Origin: Eledone cirrhosa
Lineage: Eukaryota
DNA length: 64,000 nucleotides
Assembly (NCBI GenBank): GCA_964016885.1
Contig: OZ024741.1
Coordinates: forward strand, 274,474,001 to 274,538,000
Direction: 5' to 3'
The notes under the pieces were generated by a model, which saw only the letters and a program-made list of their open reading frames with translations, did not search any database and was not told the DNA's origin. The position numbers and the translations under genes were made by a program. Positions 28,376 through 42,707 of the stretch are shown here, piece after piece. Positions within the stretch are counted from its first letter, which is position 1, and each line of letters begins with the position of its first letter.

Positions 28376-29700
28376 ATAAATTTCTTTATTAGCCACAATG
28401 GCACAAAAGAAGGGGAGAATACAAATGTGGAGTTTACATACAGGTATATGAAAATAAAACTATTAATAAAATAACAAATAACAATTGAACCCCCAGTAGG
28501 GGGAGGTGTTATACAGGGGTTGTACACACCCCGAAAAAAATGTACAACCCTCATCTCCAGGAGCACCAAGAGTGAGTACTCCCTTCCGCTCTTCCTCTTT
28601 TTCCTCAACCTACAGGCATATATAGAGAGAAGGCCCAACCACTCGGGCCATCTTTGTCACATTCACCTACCTTTTATAAAACTTGCTGGGGTACAGCACC
28701 TCTCTCTCCATCCTGATTCTTCTTCCAAAATGATATTTGAAAAAACGAATCAGTTGTTCGCCGGAGAGAAAGGTGTCTAACCTCAGCCTTTTTAACCTCG
28801 TCCACCATATAACCTCTTTCACCATAGCCATAACACATAGGAAAACCGCCTCTCCTTCGTTTTTGAAGGAGAGTGGCGGTTTGATCATGACAATGGACAC
28901 GGTGGTCAACTAGATTGGTCCCACCCGCGACAATAGTCGTTCTACATATCCCCACAGGTCGGTAACGCCCGGGCAGTATACAAATGCGTGCGCGACGGTT
29001 TCCTCGTCGCGCACGCATCTCGGACAGATCTTTTTCGAAGGGTCCCTGCCCGGGCAACCGTGACTGTAGAGCTTTGTCTCAAGCTGGTAGAGCTCCTCGG
29101 TATCACTGCCAAGCCAGAGACTTTTGGAAGTTGTCCATCGGTCCCGGGCGGAAGGTCCTACCGAACAGACTGGCCAGTTCGTCCTCCTCTACACCCAAGT
29201 TTCTCCGAGCGCGTCGTCGCACTTGCTGCGGACCAACTCTCTATGACGAAATGGATTCTCCACTGACGAATGACGAAGTGGAGTCTCCACTAATCACCGG
29301 GTCCGTTTGCCAGAGGACAATGTGCGCCTGAGCCCATTCGATGTGCCAGTCGCCCATTTTCCTCGGTCTTTGCTTGACACAAGACTGCAGCTCGGTCAGC
29401 GAGACGAGTCGTGGGAAGGCTCGCCTCACGAACGGGGCCCACACCGGTTGTCCGGTGAGGAATACGTGGAGGTGCCGCAGCCTGAGTGCGTGTTTGCGCA
29501 TCCCCAGCCCTCCGTTTGAAGGGTGTTGGCAGCAGATGGATCTTCGCACCAAAGGAGCCCGTTTCTTCCAAAGGTACATTGGCTGAAAATGAAGGAGTGA
29601 TGCTAGGGCTGTGAAATATTGCAGGCTTTGATTTCAACTCTCCTTATATAACAACCTATATAACTGGATTGTTTCTTTCCAGGGACTATGTTGAAAACAA
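28376..29700 (-). mobile_element. L1/Tx1-clade LINE 3' fragment, frameshifted, ending in (CTAC)n
   Basis: YLWKKRAPLVRRSICCQHPSNGGLGM..HALRLRHL and FLCVMAMVKEVIWWTR resemble the Tx1 ORF2 C-terminus. AATAAA precedes the (CTAC)n tract (28245-28375 reads GGTA repeats on the plus strand). Confidence 0.75.
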
Positions 29701-29822
29701 GACCTCATTTGATCACTCCAAGAGAGTATTTTAGTCAGCCAATGAATGTTTTAGCCGAGCCTCGTATATATCTATCTACCTATCTCCTTCTCTCTCACAC
29801 ACACACTCTCTCACTCACTCTT

Positions 29823-29891
<69 letters not shown>

Positions 29892-29957
29892 AATTTAAAG
29901 AGGAAAGAATGACTTCACTTGTAGTTCTAAACAATTCAATTTAATTTTATAATATAA

Positions 29958-30928
<971 letters not shown>

Positions 30929-31037
30929 TTTAAAAATGTTGTTTTGCAGATCTATTGAATTCTTTGTTAACTTCGGTGGGAAGATTTTTAAAGATTCCTG
31001 GTTAACTTTCCTGGAGAACTTTCTGTGTGTGCGTATG

Positions 31038-31101
<64 letters not shown>

Positions 31102-31287
31102 TTAGAAACACACAGATACATGCGGACACACACATATACATGAATGCATCCACACCCAACCGTGAGTTAATGGTGAGGGTTATGTCTGTTTCTCGACCGT
31201 TATATCGCGTGACTATCTCCCCCTCCGCCTTTTGGGATTCTTTCTCACGTCATGTAGACGCGTTCTTGAAGCTAGTAAAATGAGGTA

Positions 31288-31377
31288 TCCTCTTGATAAG
31301 TCGGCAGACCTCGCAAAGACTCTATATCTTTATGATGTATTGTTTTTGTTTATGCCACGAAACTACGTAGTCGAGGA
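31288..31377 (+). ncRNA. Type I hammerhead ribozyme, U3-A8 covariant core
   Basis: tcctc TTGATAA gt(c)ggca...tgccac GAAA ctacgtag TC gagga. Confidence 0.8.
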
Positions 31378-31882
31378 ATCTAGGAGCAGTTTAGGTATGA
31401 TACATTTTATTACTAATTATATCTAAATGTTTCTTCTCTCTTCATAATGTATTTTTAACTCTGATACTGGTTCAGTCTGATTCAACCGGATTGGTCTGTC
31501 CCAGTTATTCATTGAGCAACATCGGTAAGGTTGGCACCATTAACTCACGGTTGGGTGTGGATGCATTCATGTATATATGTGTGTGTCCGCATGTATCTGT
31601 GTGTTTCTAAATATATTGTTCATAACTCCCTCTGGTCGAGTAATCTTTGAAGTGTGGTGACTGCTGGAAAGCTGCCATTACTCATACTTCTTGCCTCCTT
31701 CACCACCTCTTCTACGGCTTCGATATAAATACCCCCTCCGCCTCCGTGGTATTTTCTTCGGGGTTATAAGAGGCTTAGCTCTGTTTCTCGACCGTTATAT
31801 CGCGTGACTATCTCCCCCTCCGCCTTTTGGGATTCTTTCTCACGTCATGTAGACGCGTTCTTGAAGCTAGTAAAATGAGGTA

Positions 31883-31972
31883 TCCTCTTGATAAGTCGGC
31901 AGACCTCGCAAAGACTCTATATCTTTATGATGTATTGTTTTTGTTTATGCCACGAAACTACGTAGTCGAGGA
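31883..31972 (+). ncRNA. Type I hammerhead ribozyme, U3-A8 covariant core (second, identical copy)
   Basis: Identical to 31288-31377. Confidence 0.8.
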
Positions 31973-32041
31973 ATCTAGGAGCAGTTTAGGTATGATACAT
32001 TTTATTACTAATTATATCTAAATGTTTCTTCTCTCTTCATA

Positions 32042-32092
<51 letters not shown>

Positions 32093-32094
<2 letters not shown>

Positions 32095-32361
32095 CATAAG
32101 AGGAATCAAATGCTGTGTGCAGGAGAGGCGGTTGCGTTGGTATGGACATGTGATGCGTATGAAGGATGACAGCTGCATAAAAAGGTGCAGAGCACTAGAA
32201 GTCGATGGAAACCGCGGAGTGGGGAGACCCAAGATGACCTGGAATGAGGTGATAAAAGCCGACCTTACCCAATTACACCTCTCAAAGGCGATGACACACC
32301 ACCGTGACTTCTGGCGTCACGCAGTAATACAGAGTACCCGACCTCCCATGGGTACAAGCTG
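32093..32361 (+). mobile_element. RTE-clade LINE 3' coding fragment
   Basis: ERRLRWYGHVMRM..CIKRC..LEVDGNRGVGRPKMTW.EVIKADL is a typical RTE ORF C-terminus. Confidence 0.85.
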
Positions 32362-32399
32362 AAGCATATAGACAATATGCCCCCCCCCCCCATCCCACT

Positions 32400-32674
32400 G
32401 CAAGGTGGTCATGGAGGTGCCACGGCAAAAAAGCACCCAGCCCACACTGTAAAGTGGACGTGTAGGCGCCACGAAAAAGCACCCAGCACTCACTGTAAAT
32501 GAGCTTGGTGTTAGGAAGGGCATCCAGCTGTAGAAATCAAGCCAAACCAGTTCCTGTATGAGCAAGGCATGGTCAGCCGACCAGACACTGCCCACATCAG
32601 GACAACTCGTCTAACCCATGCTAGCGTGGAAGAACGGACGTAAAACGGTGATGATGATGATGATGATGATGATG
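32400..32674 (+). mobile_element. RTE-related SINE or 3' end with a (GAT)n tail
   Basis: ggtgttaggaagggcatccagctgtagaaa..aacccatgctagcgtggaa..cggacgtaaaacg(gat)n. A diverged copy lies at ~38880-39020. Confidence 0.7.
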
Positions 32675-32692
32675 ATATATATATATACACAT

Positions 32693-32752
<60 letters not shown>

Positions 32753-32842
32753 ATTTTTTTCATTCTGCTGAATGAAAGCAAATTTGGTTGATTTCAAGAA
32801 ACCACTGGTAAATGAAACAATTATCTTATGTTGTTTATTACA

Positions 32843-33045
<203 letters not shown>

Positions 33046-33125
33046 ATCGCTATACCTACTCTACATCTTCCCGTGCTTTGAATACTCCCATGATTAGTGG
33101 TCTCAGCACCACAGACTCCCCCCTC

Positions 33126-33269
<144 letters not shown>

Positions 33270-34289
33270 AGCTTAAAGCTTTCTCTGTTAATGTATTAAA
33301 TATTATACTCTTGATTTGGCCAGAGATGAATATTTCCAGATACCTTTTAAGTGTAACTTTCCGTATTTATTATTACTATGAAATATTGATTGTTATTCTG
33401 GTATCATATCTCTGTTTTTAGCCTAAGAAAATACCTGTATGTGTGTATAAATAATACATGCATATATTTATTTTTTTTAAATCTAATTGAGTTCTTCACA
33501 TGCAAGGTTAAAATTATTGAAAAAATTAATTGACCCGCGTGCATATTATTTTACTATGTTTCGCGATGACCTCCCCTTTCCGCTTGAGGACAGTGTGAAA
33601 TTTCTCATTCTGAGACTGCTGGAATTTCAAATTTGGCGGTCATTCTGATACGGAGAGGGACCATCGCTAGACATTGAATATTGAATATCGGTAAGGAAGT
33701 TTTTTTTATATCGATGTTTGACGGGCATCCACTGATGATTTATAAGTGCCCACCTGCATATATTCCTACGGACTATGTGCAGGCTTCTACATAACCTGGA
33801 CACATTTTTCAAAACTTGTAGAAAACTTATAATGAAACAATTGTTTGGAAAGGGAGATGTATTTTAATTATGTCTCATATAAAATAATACAACTGGCTAT
33901 CCGCAAAATACATATAGTTAGCACCCCAAACGTAAAATTGGGATTATACTAAGGTATATCCTAATGTTTGTTGAGTGAGATGGAAACCAGTCAGAGTATA
34001 GCTTAAAGCTTTCTCTGTTAATGTATTAAATATATATATATATATAATAAATGGCCCTTCCGGCTGGCGACCGGCTAAGTATACCGGCATTTTATCTTTT
34101 CAGGAATTCCCCCTCCACTTCACTGCAAAGATACCGCACGCCCTCTCAAGTCAGCGAGGGGGTGGCGGGATTAACGTGCTCTGATGTTGGGTTTGAATAG
34201 TTTTTAGGATTCCCCAGTTCAGCAGCCAGTCCGTTAAAGAAAATTGAACTGAACAGAGAACACATTTTTTAGTAAACTTAATACCTAAA

Positions 34290-34500
34290 TTACATTCTTA
34301 AAGCCTCAGAGTATACAATATCTTTTTTTCGGCCCTCGAGAGCAAAGATGAAGACATTGTTTGACAAGCTCACCCTAGAGCATCCTACGTACAATTGACC
34401 ATGGGAGGAGCATGGTTTTCCCAGATGAAGGCCAGCCGCTTTTAGGGTTTGAGCTTGAGCTGTGTTGGTGGTAATCGCGAAGCTTAGTCTCTCTGTTGCT
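34290..34500 (-). pseudogene. Helitron RepHel PIF1-like helicase C-terminal remnant
   Basis: RLSFAITTNTAQAQTL..GLHL..PCSSHGQLYVGCSRV resembles PIF1 motifs V/VI. Sequence at 35075-35135 is shared with the Helitron near 30700. Confidence 0.8.
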
Positions 34501-34680
34501 CTAGTAACATTTTTCCTTCTGGAAAATCTGATCTTGCGGCCAGGCTGGGACTTTTTGGGTGGCATATCTGCAGTAACAATGACGATAAGCCGTCTGTACT
34601 TTCGTGAAATAAATACGTGTGTTTATATTTTGTTTTTGTGTATGCAAAAATATCTGTACACGAATATATATATATATATT

Positions 34681-34982
34681 AAAATAACAGATTAAATTTT
34701 AAGCAAAGAATCGCTGCTTTTACCCTTAACGGGATCTCCTGAAACTAAAAAATCAATCTGTGAACGCAGAAGTAAATATTTCGAAAAACGTTGCAACCGA
34801 AAGAAAGCAGGAAGACGATACTTTGATTCGTGAAGACGTTCCCTTGCAATGAACGGAAAAAAGCGAAGATAATACGTCAGCAATGAGAACAATATGCTCT
34901 AGGGTTCTTATATATTTGATATATATTTATCCTTATCGAGCCCTCTTTTGATTTTAGTCTTCACATTTATTATTATTACTAA
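34681..34982. mobile_element. Rearranged pLTR fragment of the 12.3-14.5 kb PLE family, including a degenerate CAG-core hammerhead
   Basis: 34681-34890 resembles 12440-12640; 34895-34982 resembles the reverse complement of 12343-12430. Confidence 0.8.
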
Positions 34983-35362
34983 TTATATATATATAATTAT
35001 TGAGATGGCGTGCGATATCTTTGCACTGAATTAATTAAAAGTTGGTTAGAAGCGAAGTCAATACAGACAGGCAGCCAGACAGATATTATAAGCGTGCGAC
35101 GCTATAGCTATGTATCTATCTAAAAAGACAGACTAAGAAAGAGAGGGGAATCTCGTATAACCGGAAGTGTTGACATTTGAACATTTTAAAGAAGTGAATA
35201 TTTAAATAAACGATAAAATATCTTTAATCTTTTAACGAAATTTAGAAGACAAAAATACCCTCACTTTCTTACTTGGAAAAAGTTACATCTATGGTACAAA
35301 TTTGGTGCTTTTTGGTCCAGCTGTTTGGCGAAAGGTTTGTTACATACATACGGCCGCCAGCT

Positions 35363-35443
<81 letters not shown>

Positions 35444-35567
35444 CACTACAGGCAAAAACATCCCTCTGAATCAACCCACCAATCAAAACAAATCTCTCTG
35501 ACCAGCATAGGAACATCAGACTTTCTCATACGCCATGTATAATCATTATTTCATTACCATTAAAAAG

Positions 35568-35652
35568 GGTCTGACGAGCTGTGGATTACAGAGTCGGGCT
35601 AGATCGATACAGATCGAGCCTTGAGCTGATCAGTGGCGAAACGCGCGTCATC
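35568..35652 (+). ncRNA. Type I hammerhead-like motif
   Basis: ggt CTGACGA gctg...cagtggc GAAA cgcgcg TC atc. Palindromic stem III, weak stem I. Confidence 0.6.
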
Positions 35653-35678
35653 AACCAATCAACCAATCGTCCTTGTTT

Positions 35679-35736
<58 letters not shown>

Positions 35737-36236
35737 TTTCTGAATTTGTTTAGCAAGCTTCTTTATCTGAAAACGTGTGTTGAAACCGATATTTTTATAC
35801 TTTGGGAGGGTCATGTTTCTAATAAGAAACACACGCACCAGTTGCTTTCACTCCAATTTATGATAAATTAAATTATCAATTTAAGAAATTTATAAATTTC
35901 CGGTTGGTTGTTTGGTTCCACAACTGGACGGTTGTTCATATATTGTCAAAGTTCTTTCGTCACACGGGGATTCTTTTCTTTGTTTTGTGCCGCTCCTTTG
36001 TTCTGTCCTACGCCATATTGTTTTTGTGTGTGTTGTGTGCTTAGTTTGCGCATGTGTTACATCCGGGTGTCTGTTTGTGTTTTTATTTGTTTATTAATTT
36101 GTTTATTTACATGTTACTGGTTGGTTGTTTGTTCTATGTGAGTGTGTTTTCATAGAACAAACAACCAACTAGTGTGCCAACTAGTCTGGAATTGAACCAT
36201 CAGCACAGTTGAGGTATGTCATACATCAATTTATAC

Positions 36237-36300
36237 ATTTTATCTGATGAGGACGTACTGAGGAAACAGTACAGTACCTCCGAAATATATATAATAAAAT
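36237..36300 (+). ncRNA. Minimal type I hammerhead ribozyme
   Basis: attttat CTGATGA gga(c)gtactg..cagtac(c)tcc GAAA tatata TA ataaaat. Confidence 0.8.
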
Positions 36301-36550
36301 ATATTTGATTACATGAATGTCTATATTTATTAATATTTTGAATTATTAATAACTCCAGAAAACTTTTTACTGTTGTGTGCTTCTAATCTATTGTAAAACT
36401 ATATTAATTGATTAATCAATGAACCTTGTTTAACTTTTCGTTATATATATATATGTATATATATATATAAAGAAGGAATTGTGGTAAGGAATCAGGTGGA
36501 CCATAACGCACCAGAGTATTGAGGGTAGTAGAGTGGGTAAAAGGAAAAGT

Positions 36551-36660
36551 GTCAGGACCCCGACGGCTGAGCTCCGGCTGGTTCGACAGCTAGATCTGAA
36601 CTAAGCTTAGTTCAGAACTAGCTGTCGAAACGGCCGGAGCTCAGCCGCCGCGGTCCTGAC
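36551..36660. repeat. 110-bp imperfect palindrome (fold-back of a dispersed repeat end)
   Basis: gtcaggacc..cagctagatctgaact AAGCTT agttcagaactagctg..ggtcctgac. Confidence 0.9.
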
Positions 36661-36666
36661 TCTGTT

Positions 36667-36702
<36 letters not shown>

Positions 36703-36880
36703 CAGAACGTGAACAACACAAAATATAACTACTCCATTATACTAATTAAATAGCTGTTCTATACATAGAGCACTCTTTTTTCCTTTGTCTTTCCTTCGGA
36801 ATTATCGAACACACACACTTATATATATATATATATATTTATATATATACATAAACACACACATACATACACACATATAC

Positions 36881-36958
<78 letters not shown>

Positions 36959-37321
36959 TGAATGGTGGGAAAAGAGCCGATTAAATTGCCATCATTCATG
37001 ACGTATCTGTGCACTTTATTCCCGCCAAATGTGTCATATATCTTGCCATCTGCCTCCTCATTTAGCCACTGACCAGTTTAAACAGACTCACTCAACTTAT
37101 CACCCACATGGCTATTCTTCTTTCGCTGCTTCTCTTCATACATAACAAGACCACTAACGTTATGATATATATGTTATGTGTTATATATATGTGTGTGTGA
37201 ACGTATGTACGAATTTATGTGTGTGTGTATATATAAATATAAATGTGTGTGTGTGTGTATGTACGTACGTATGTATGTTTGTATGTACGTGTCTATGTGT
37301 GTATATGTTTGTGTGCGTATT

Positions 37322-37364
<43 letters not shown>

Positions 37365-37462
37365 TAGATAGACACACACATATATATATATATATGAACA
37401 CAACCAAATATATATATTCACACACACAAGCACATACATATATATGTGTGTACCATCTCGCT

Positions 37463-37552
<90 letters not shown>

Positions 37553-37765
37553 ATCGGTGTTCATGACTCTTGCTCCACTCATATGAGATGCTACTTAGAT
37601 AATGTCTCGCTGATCTCAGGAGCAGCTAAAAGTCCTGTTTTAATTCTAATTAATCTTCTGCCCACTAGATGGCACCACGTGTATCATATTTCACCTCCAG
37701 CAATTTATTTTATTTTTATTTACTTATCTATCATCATCATCATCATCATCATCATCATTATTGTT

Positions 37766-37800
<35 letters not shown>

Positions 37801-37849
37801 TATTGTTATTATTATTATCATCATCATCATCATCATCATCATTATTGTT

Positions 37850-37893
<44 letters not shown>

Positions 37894-37909
37894 TATTGTT
37901 ATTATTATT

Positions 37910-37955
<46 letters not shown>

Positions 37956-38980
37956 ATATTATTGTTCTTTTTTTGTTTTATTTTTTGTTATGGTTTCGGT
38001 TTTTGTGGTGAAACGACACCAATAACTTCTTTTAATGTAATCACGTGATAGTGACAATTGTCACACTCGCCGAAATGTTTGAAGTCGCCACTGAGATTGT
38101 GGCCAAGATTCTTAATGAAAAGACACTTAAAGAAAGGATGGTATAATAGGTGTGTGGGGTTGAACGGTGAAGGTAATAGTTTATTTTGGTGTGGTTTGGT
38201 GTGGCGTGGTGTGGTGAATGTGGTGGGGTGTTGCATGGTGTCGTAGTGTAGTATGGTGAGATGTGGTGTAGTGAGATGTGGTGTGGTGTCGTGTCGTGTC
38301 ATGTCATGAGGTGTGGTAATAGATGTTGTGCGTTGTGGCGTGGTGTGTGGTGGTGTGTGGTAGTGTGTAGTGGCATGTGGTTAAGTGAGGTATGGTGTCT
38401 TGCGATATGGTGTTGCATTGCGTCGTGGTGTGTGGGGTGGTGTTATATAGTGTGGTGCCGTGAGGTGAGGTGAGGTGAGATGTGGTGTCTTGAGGTGATG
38501 TGATAGGTGTTGTGGTGTGATGTGTGGCTGTGTTCCCGCCTTTCGGCGAGATTAACGTGGTTGATGATTTTCTTGAATCACTTGCAAATTGTCCAGCTGC
38601 AGGAAAAAGAAGACAGCGATAGTATTCCAGAGGGAAGCTGTTCTGTGGGGGAAGGACTTGGTGATGTGGTTAGAGCGTGGTCAAAGGTGCTATAGAAGTA
38701 AGATGAGTAGGACAGATTAAGATGGGTGAAACTGGAATTAAGAAGCGGCTCTTGAAATTATTTCATCGCTTTTAACGATTTTATATTCATGTGATGCCAT
38801 GTGTATCTCGAATGCCGGTTGTATCCAGGGATTCACAATGGGTACACCGTATCATTGTATATCATATGGGGTGACTAAAAGGGTTGGTATCAGGAAGGGA
38901 ATCCGGTTATAAAACATTACCTCCAAACATTCCATCCAAACCATGTCAGCAGGGACTCATCAACATAGAAAACGACGACG

Positions 38981-39022
<42 letters not shown>

Positions 39023-39027
39023 CTGCT

Positions 39028-39083
<56 letters not shown>

Positions 39084-39786
39084 GGAGGAGGAGGAGGAGG
39101 AGGAGGAGGAGGAGGAGGAGGAGGAGTTTTGATTTGATGGAAACTATATTCCTATAAAAATGGAAATATCTTAAATGTCTTCAGAAGACTGTTAAATGTA
39201 AAGTGGTTAAACCCTATGTAGTGTATGTCCCATTGGTCACCACAAGATGTACTGTCTAGTACTATCGCCTTTAAAGAGGAGATAAGAAGCTTGTATGAAT
39301 ATATTTGCTACTGGATTACTCAGTTGTAAATGCCACCTATATTACACCGAAGGAGTATCATTGTTAAACCTCCTCCAATCAGTAGGGCTTATGACTCTTT
39401 TCGGAGTCTTTAAAACTGATGATGGGGAGCGAGGAAGGTCTCCTCAAAACAGACACCTGACTCAAATGCTTGCAATGAAGTAGAGTTCGCGAAAAGTACT
39501 CAATAGGTATGTGGTGGTTTTAAACGGGATGACGAGTTACATCTTTCTCCAAAATAATTATTGATATCTATTTCTAAACGATAGCGTCTATATGCCTCTT
39601 GTTATATTTGTCATTCCTTCAACTATTCTGCGAGATTATTAAACCTCAGATACAAGGTTGGCTCTGTGGTTAAGGGTTTCATTTCGTAACTACGTAGCTC
39701 CAGGTTCGCTGCCCCCACGCGTCATTTTGGATAACTACTCACTCCAGTGTTGAATTTATTGAGCTAAAGCTGAACCGAAGATCATC

Positions 39787-39875
<89 letters not shown>

Positions 39876-40155
39876 AATATATATATATACAAATATATAT
39901 TTGATGTTTTGATTCATTATTTGTATTTAACGGCTCCAAACCTCTTCACTTGTTGAACTTGGAGGCTATAATCACCGCTCCTATTTCTAGCAGAGTTATC
40001 GTCCACATTGTGGATATCTATTTGCCAAAGGTTTAACGTCATTACACCATGTGCTTCTCAGCACGACGGTCGAGTTGGACTTAGCTGTAGATATTCACAG
40101 GTATATTGATTTATTTGCGATCTTCATTCTATATTTCCCTTAGAATGATGAGACT

Positions 40156-40280
40156 AAACCTCTGATGAGTACCTGAGTCTCATGTGGTTTAATCATATTC
40201 GATAGTTTGTCTTCGATGATCGATTACATAGATTGATCTTTAGCCACACTTTCCAGGTATGAAATAGCGCTATAAAGTTT
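40156..40280 (+). ncRNA. Type I hammerhead ribozyme with a long stem II
   Basis: aaacct CTGATGA gtacctg..tgtggtt..agccaca..caggtat GAAA tagcgcta TA aagttt (one stem I mismatch). Confidence 0.7.
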
Positions 40281-40440
40281 CACTTACAATTCCACCTGTG
40301 TATATATTCTTCTATGTTTCCTGTAAGATATATGACCCTTTCTCTCTATATATAAACATATATCTTTTCATTTGGTTATTATGGCTTTAGATAATCTCTA
40401 TTAATTACTTATTGGGAAATACAAAATTGATTCATTATTT

Positions 40441-40580
40441 GGATTGGCAGTATCGGTAGAGATCGGACGCGATGCTTTGAAGCATAGAGTTACTTCCCTT
40501 TATGATCTGAGTTCAAATCCCGCCGAGGCTAACTTTGCCTTTCATCCTTACGGGGTCGATAAAATAAAGTACCAGTAATG
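40441..40580 (+). mobile_element. tRNA-derived SINE
   Basis: A box tggcagtatcgg, B box gagttcaaatcc, core gcctttcatccttacggggtcgataaaataaagtaccag. Confidence 0.88.
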
Positions 40581-40719
40581 CCTTTCGCTGTCGTCTATTG
40601 CCATCCATTGTCATCTGCTACCATCCGGCGCAATGAGTTACCATCCGCAGCCATTCGCCAAAACCCGTCACCCTCCGCTACCATCCGCTACAATTCGTTA
40701 CAATCCACCGCCTTCAATT

Positions 40720-41335
40720 CCCCGTCCGTCACCGTCCGTCACCGAACGACACCGTCCGCCACCGTCCGTGAACAGACGCGACCGTACGTCACCAAACGCC
40801 ACCGTCCGACACCAAACGTCACCATCCGTCACCAAACACCACCGTCCGTCACCAAACACCACCGTCTGTCACCGAACGCCACTGTCCGTCAGTAAACAGC
40901 ACCGTCCGTCACCATCCGTCACCGTCCGTCACCGAACGCCACCGTCCGTCACCGAACGCCACCGTCCGTCACCGAACGCCACCGTTCGACACCAAACGTC
41001 ACCATCCATCACCAAACACCACCTTCCGTCACCAAACACCACCGTCTGTCACCGAACGCCACTGTCGGTCAGTAAACAGCACCGTCCGTCACTATCCGTC
41101 ACCGAACGCCACCGTCCGTCACCGAACGCCACCGTCCGACACCAAACGTCACCATCCGTCACCAAACACCACCTTCCGTCACCAAACACCACCGTCTGTC
41201 ACGGAACGCCACCGTCCGTCACCGTCCGTCACCGTCCGACACCAAACACCACGGTCCGTCACCGTCCGACACCAAACACCACCGTCCGTCACCGTCCGAC
41301 ACCAAACACCACCGTCCGTCACCGAACGCCACTGT
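40720..41335. repeat. Minisatellite, 10/20-bp units (accgtccgtc/accgaacgcc) with a higher-order ~180-bp repeat
   Basis: Seen directly; 40801-40910 recurs at 40981-41090. Confidence 0.9.
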
Positions 41336-42612
41336 TCGCCATCCGTTCGCCATCACACGCTACCGATGGCGACGTAAATCTACATGAAAATCACAGGAGA
41401 CTAACGAGCAGAAAGAAGAGATATTGCTTTGCTTGGCTTGCTTCTGATGTTACTAATGAATTAAATATATGGAGGTGCACACTTCTGACAACTTTATCGA
41501 TACATTAGTAGCAATCATTGAACTGATGTTATTTCTAACCACCACAACCACAACAACAATCACAACCTCAACAACCACCGCAACCACAACAACCACCACA
41601 ACCACAACAACCATCACAACCACAACAACCACCACAACCACGACAACCACCAAAACCACTACCACCATCATCTCCACAGCCACCACAACTATCATAACTA
41701 TCACAACCACCACAACCATCACAACCACCACCACAACCACCACCACCACCAATACCACCACAACCACCGCTACCAGCACCACAACCACCACAACCAGCAG
41801 AACCACCACAACCACCACCATCATCACAACCATAATAACCACCACAACCACCAAAACCACTACAACCACTACCACCATCATCACTATAACCAACACAACC
41901 ATCATAACTATCACAACCAACACAACCATCAGCACCACCACCACCACAACCACCGCTACCAGCACCACAACCACCACAACCATCAGCACCACCACCACAA
42001 CCACTACTAATACCACCACAACCACCGCTACCAGCACCACAACCACCACAACCACCACAACCACCACAACCACCACCATCATCATAACCATAATAACCAC
42101 CACAGCCACCAAAACCACCACAACCATTACCACCATCATCACCACAACCAACACAACCATCACAACTATCACAACCACCACAACCATCACCACCACCACC
42201 ACAACCACCACCAATACAACCACAACCACCGCTACCAGCACCACAACCACCACAACCACCACCACAACCACCACAACCACCACCACTACAACCAGCACAA
42301 CCATCACAACCATTCCACACCAACCTTCTACACCACCACCAACAACAACAACAACAACAACAACAGCACCACCACCACCACCACCACCACCACCAGTACA
42401 ACCACCACAACCATCACAACCACAACAACCACAACCACCACAACCATTCCACACCAGCCTTCTACACAATATCGTCTCTTGGCTTCAGCCATTGTCACGT
42501 TATTAGTTTGGCTCTAGAAAACTGTTTCTGGTAAAACTCCAACATTTCAGTTATTATCACTGTATTATATATATATATATATACCTATATATATACTGTA
42601 TATATATATATA

Positions 42613-42707
<95 letters not shown>

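Larger units (their letters stand above)
31095..32047 (+). mobile_element. Non-coding retrozyme-like / non-autonomous PLE unit: two 268-bp direct repeats each with a hammerhead, plus an inverted 5' segment, flanked by (TA)n
   Basis: 31185-31452 equals 31780-32047 (offset 595). 31095-31175 is the reverse complement of ~31536-31617. Confidence 0.75.

Noticed and set aside
39416-39462. CTGATGA-t-ggggag/ctcctc-AAAA-cag/ctg motif
   Set aside because: Two core defects and no convincing stem I; at best a relic.
40441-40530. A-box/B-box sequence as a possible tRNA gene
   Set aside because: No cloverleaf, and it continues into the SINE core found in many copies.
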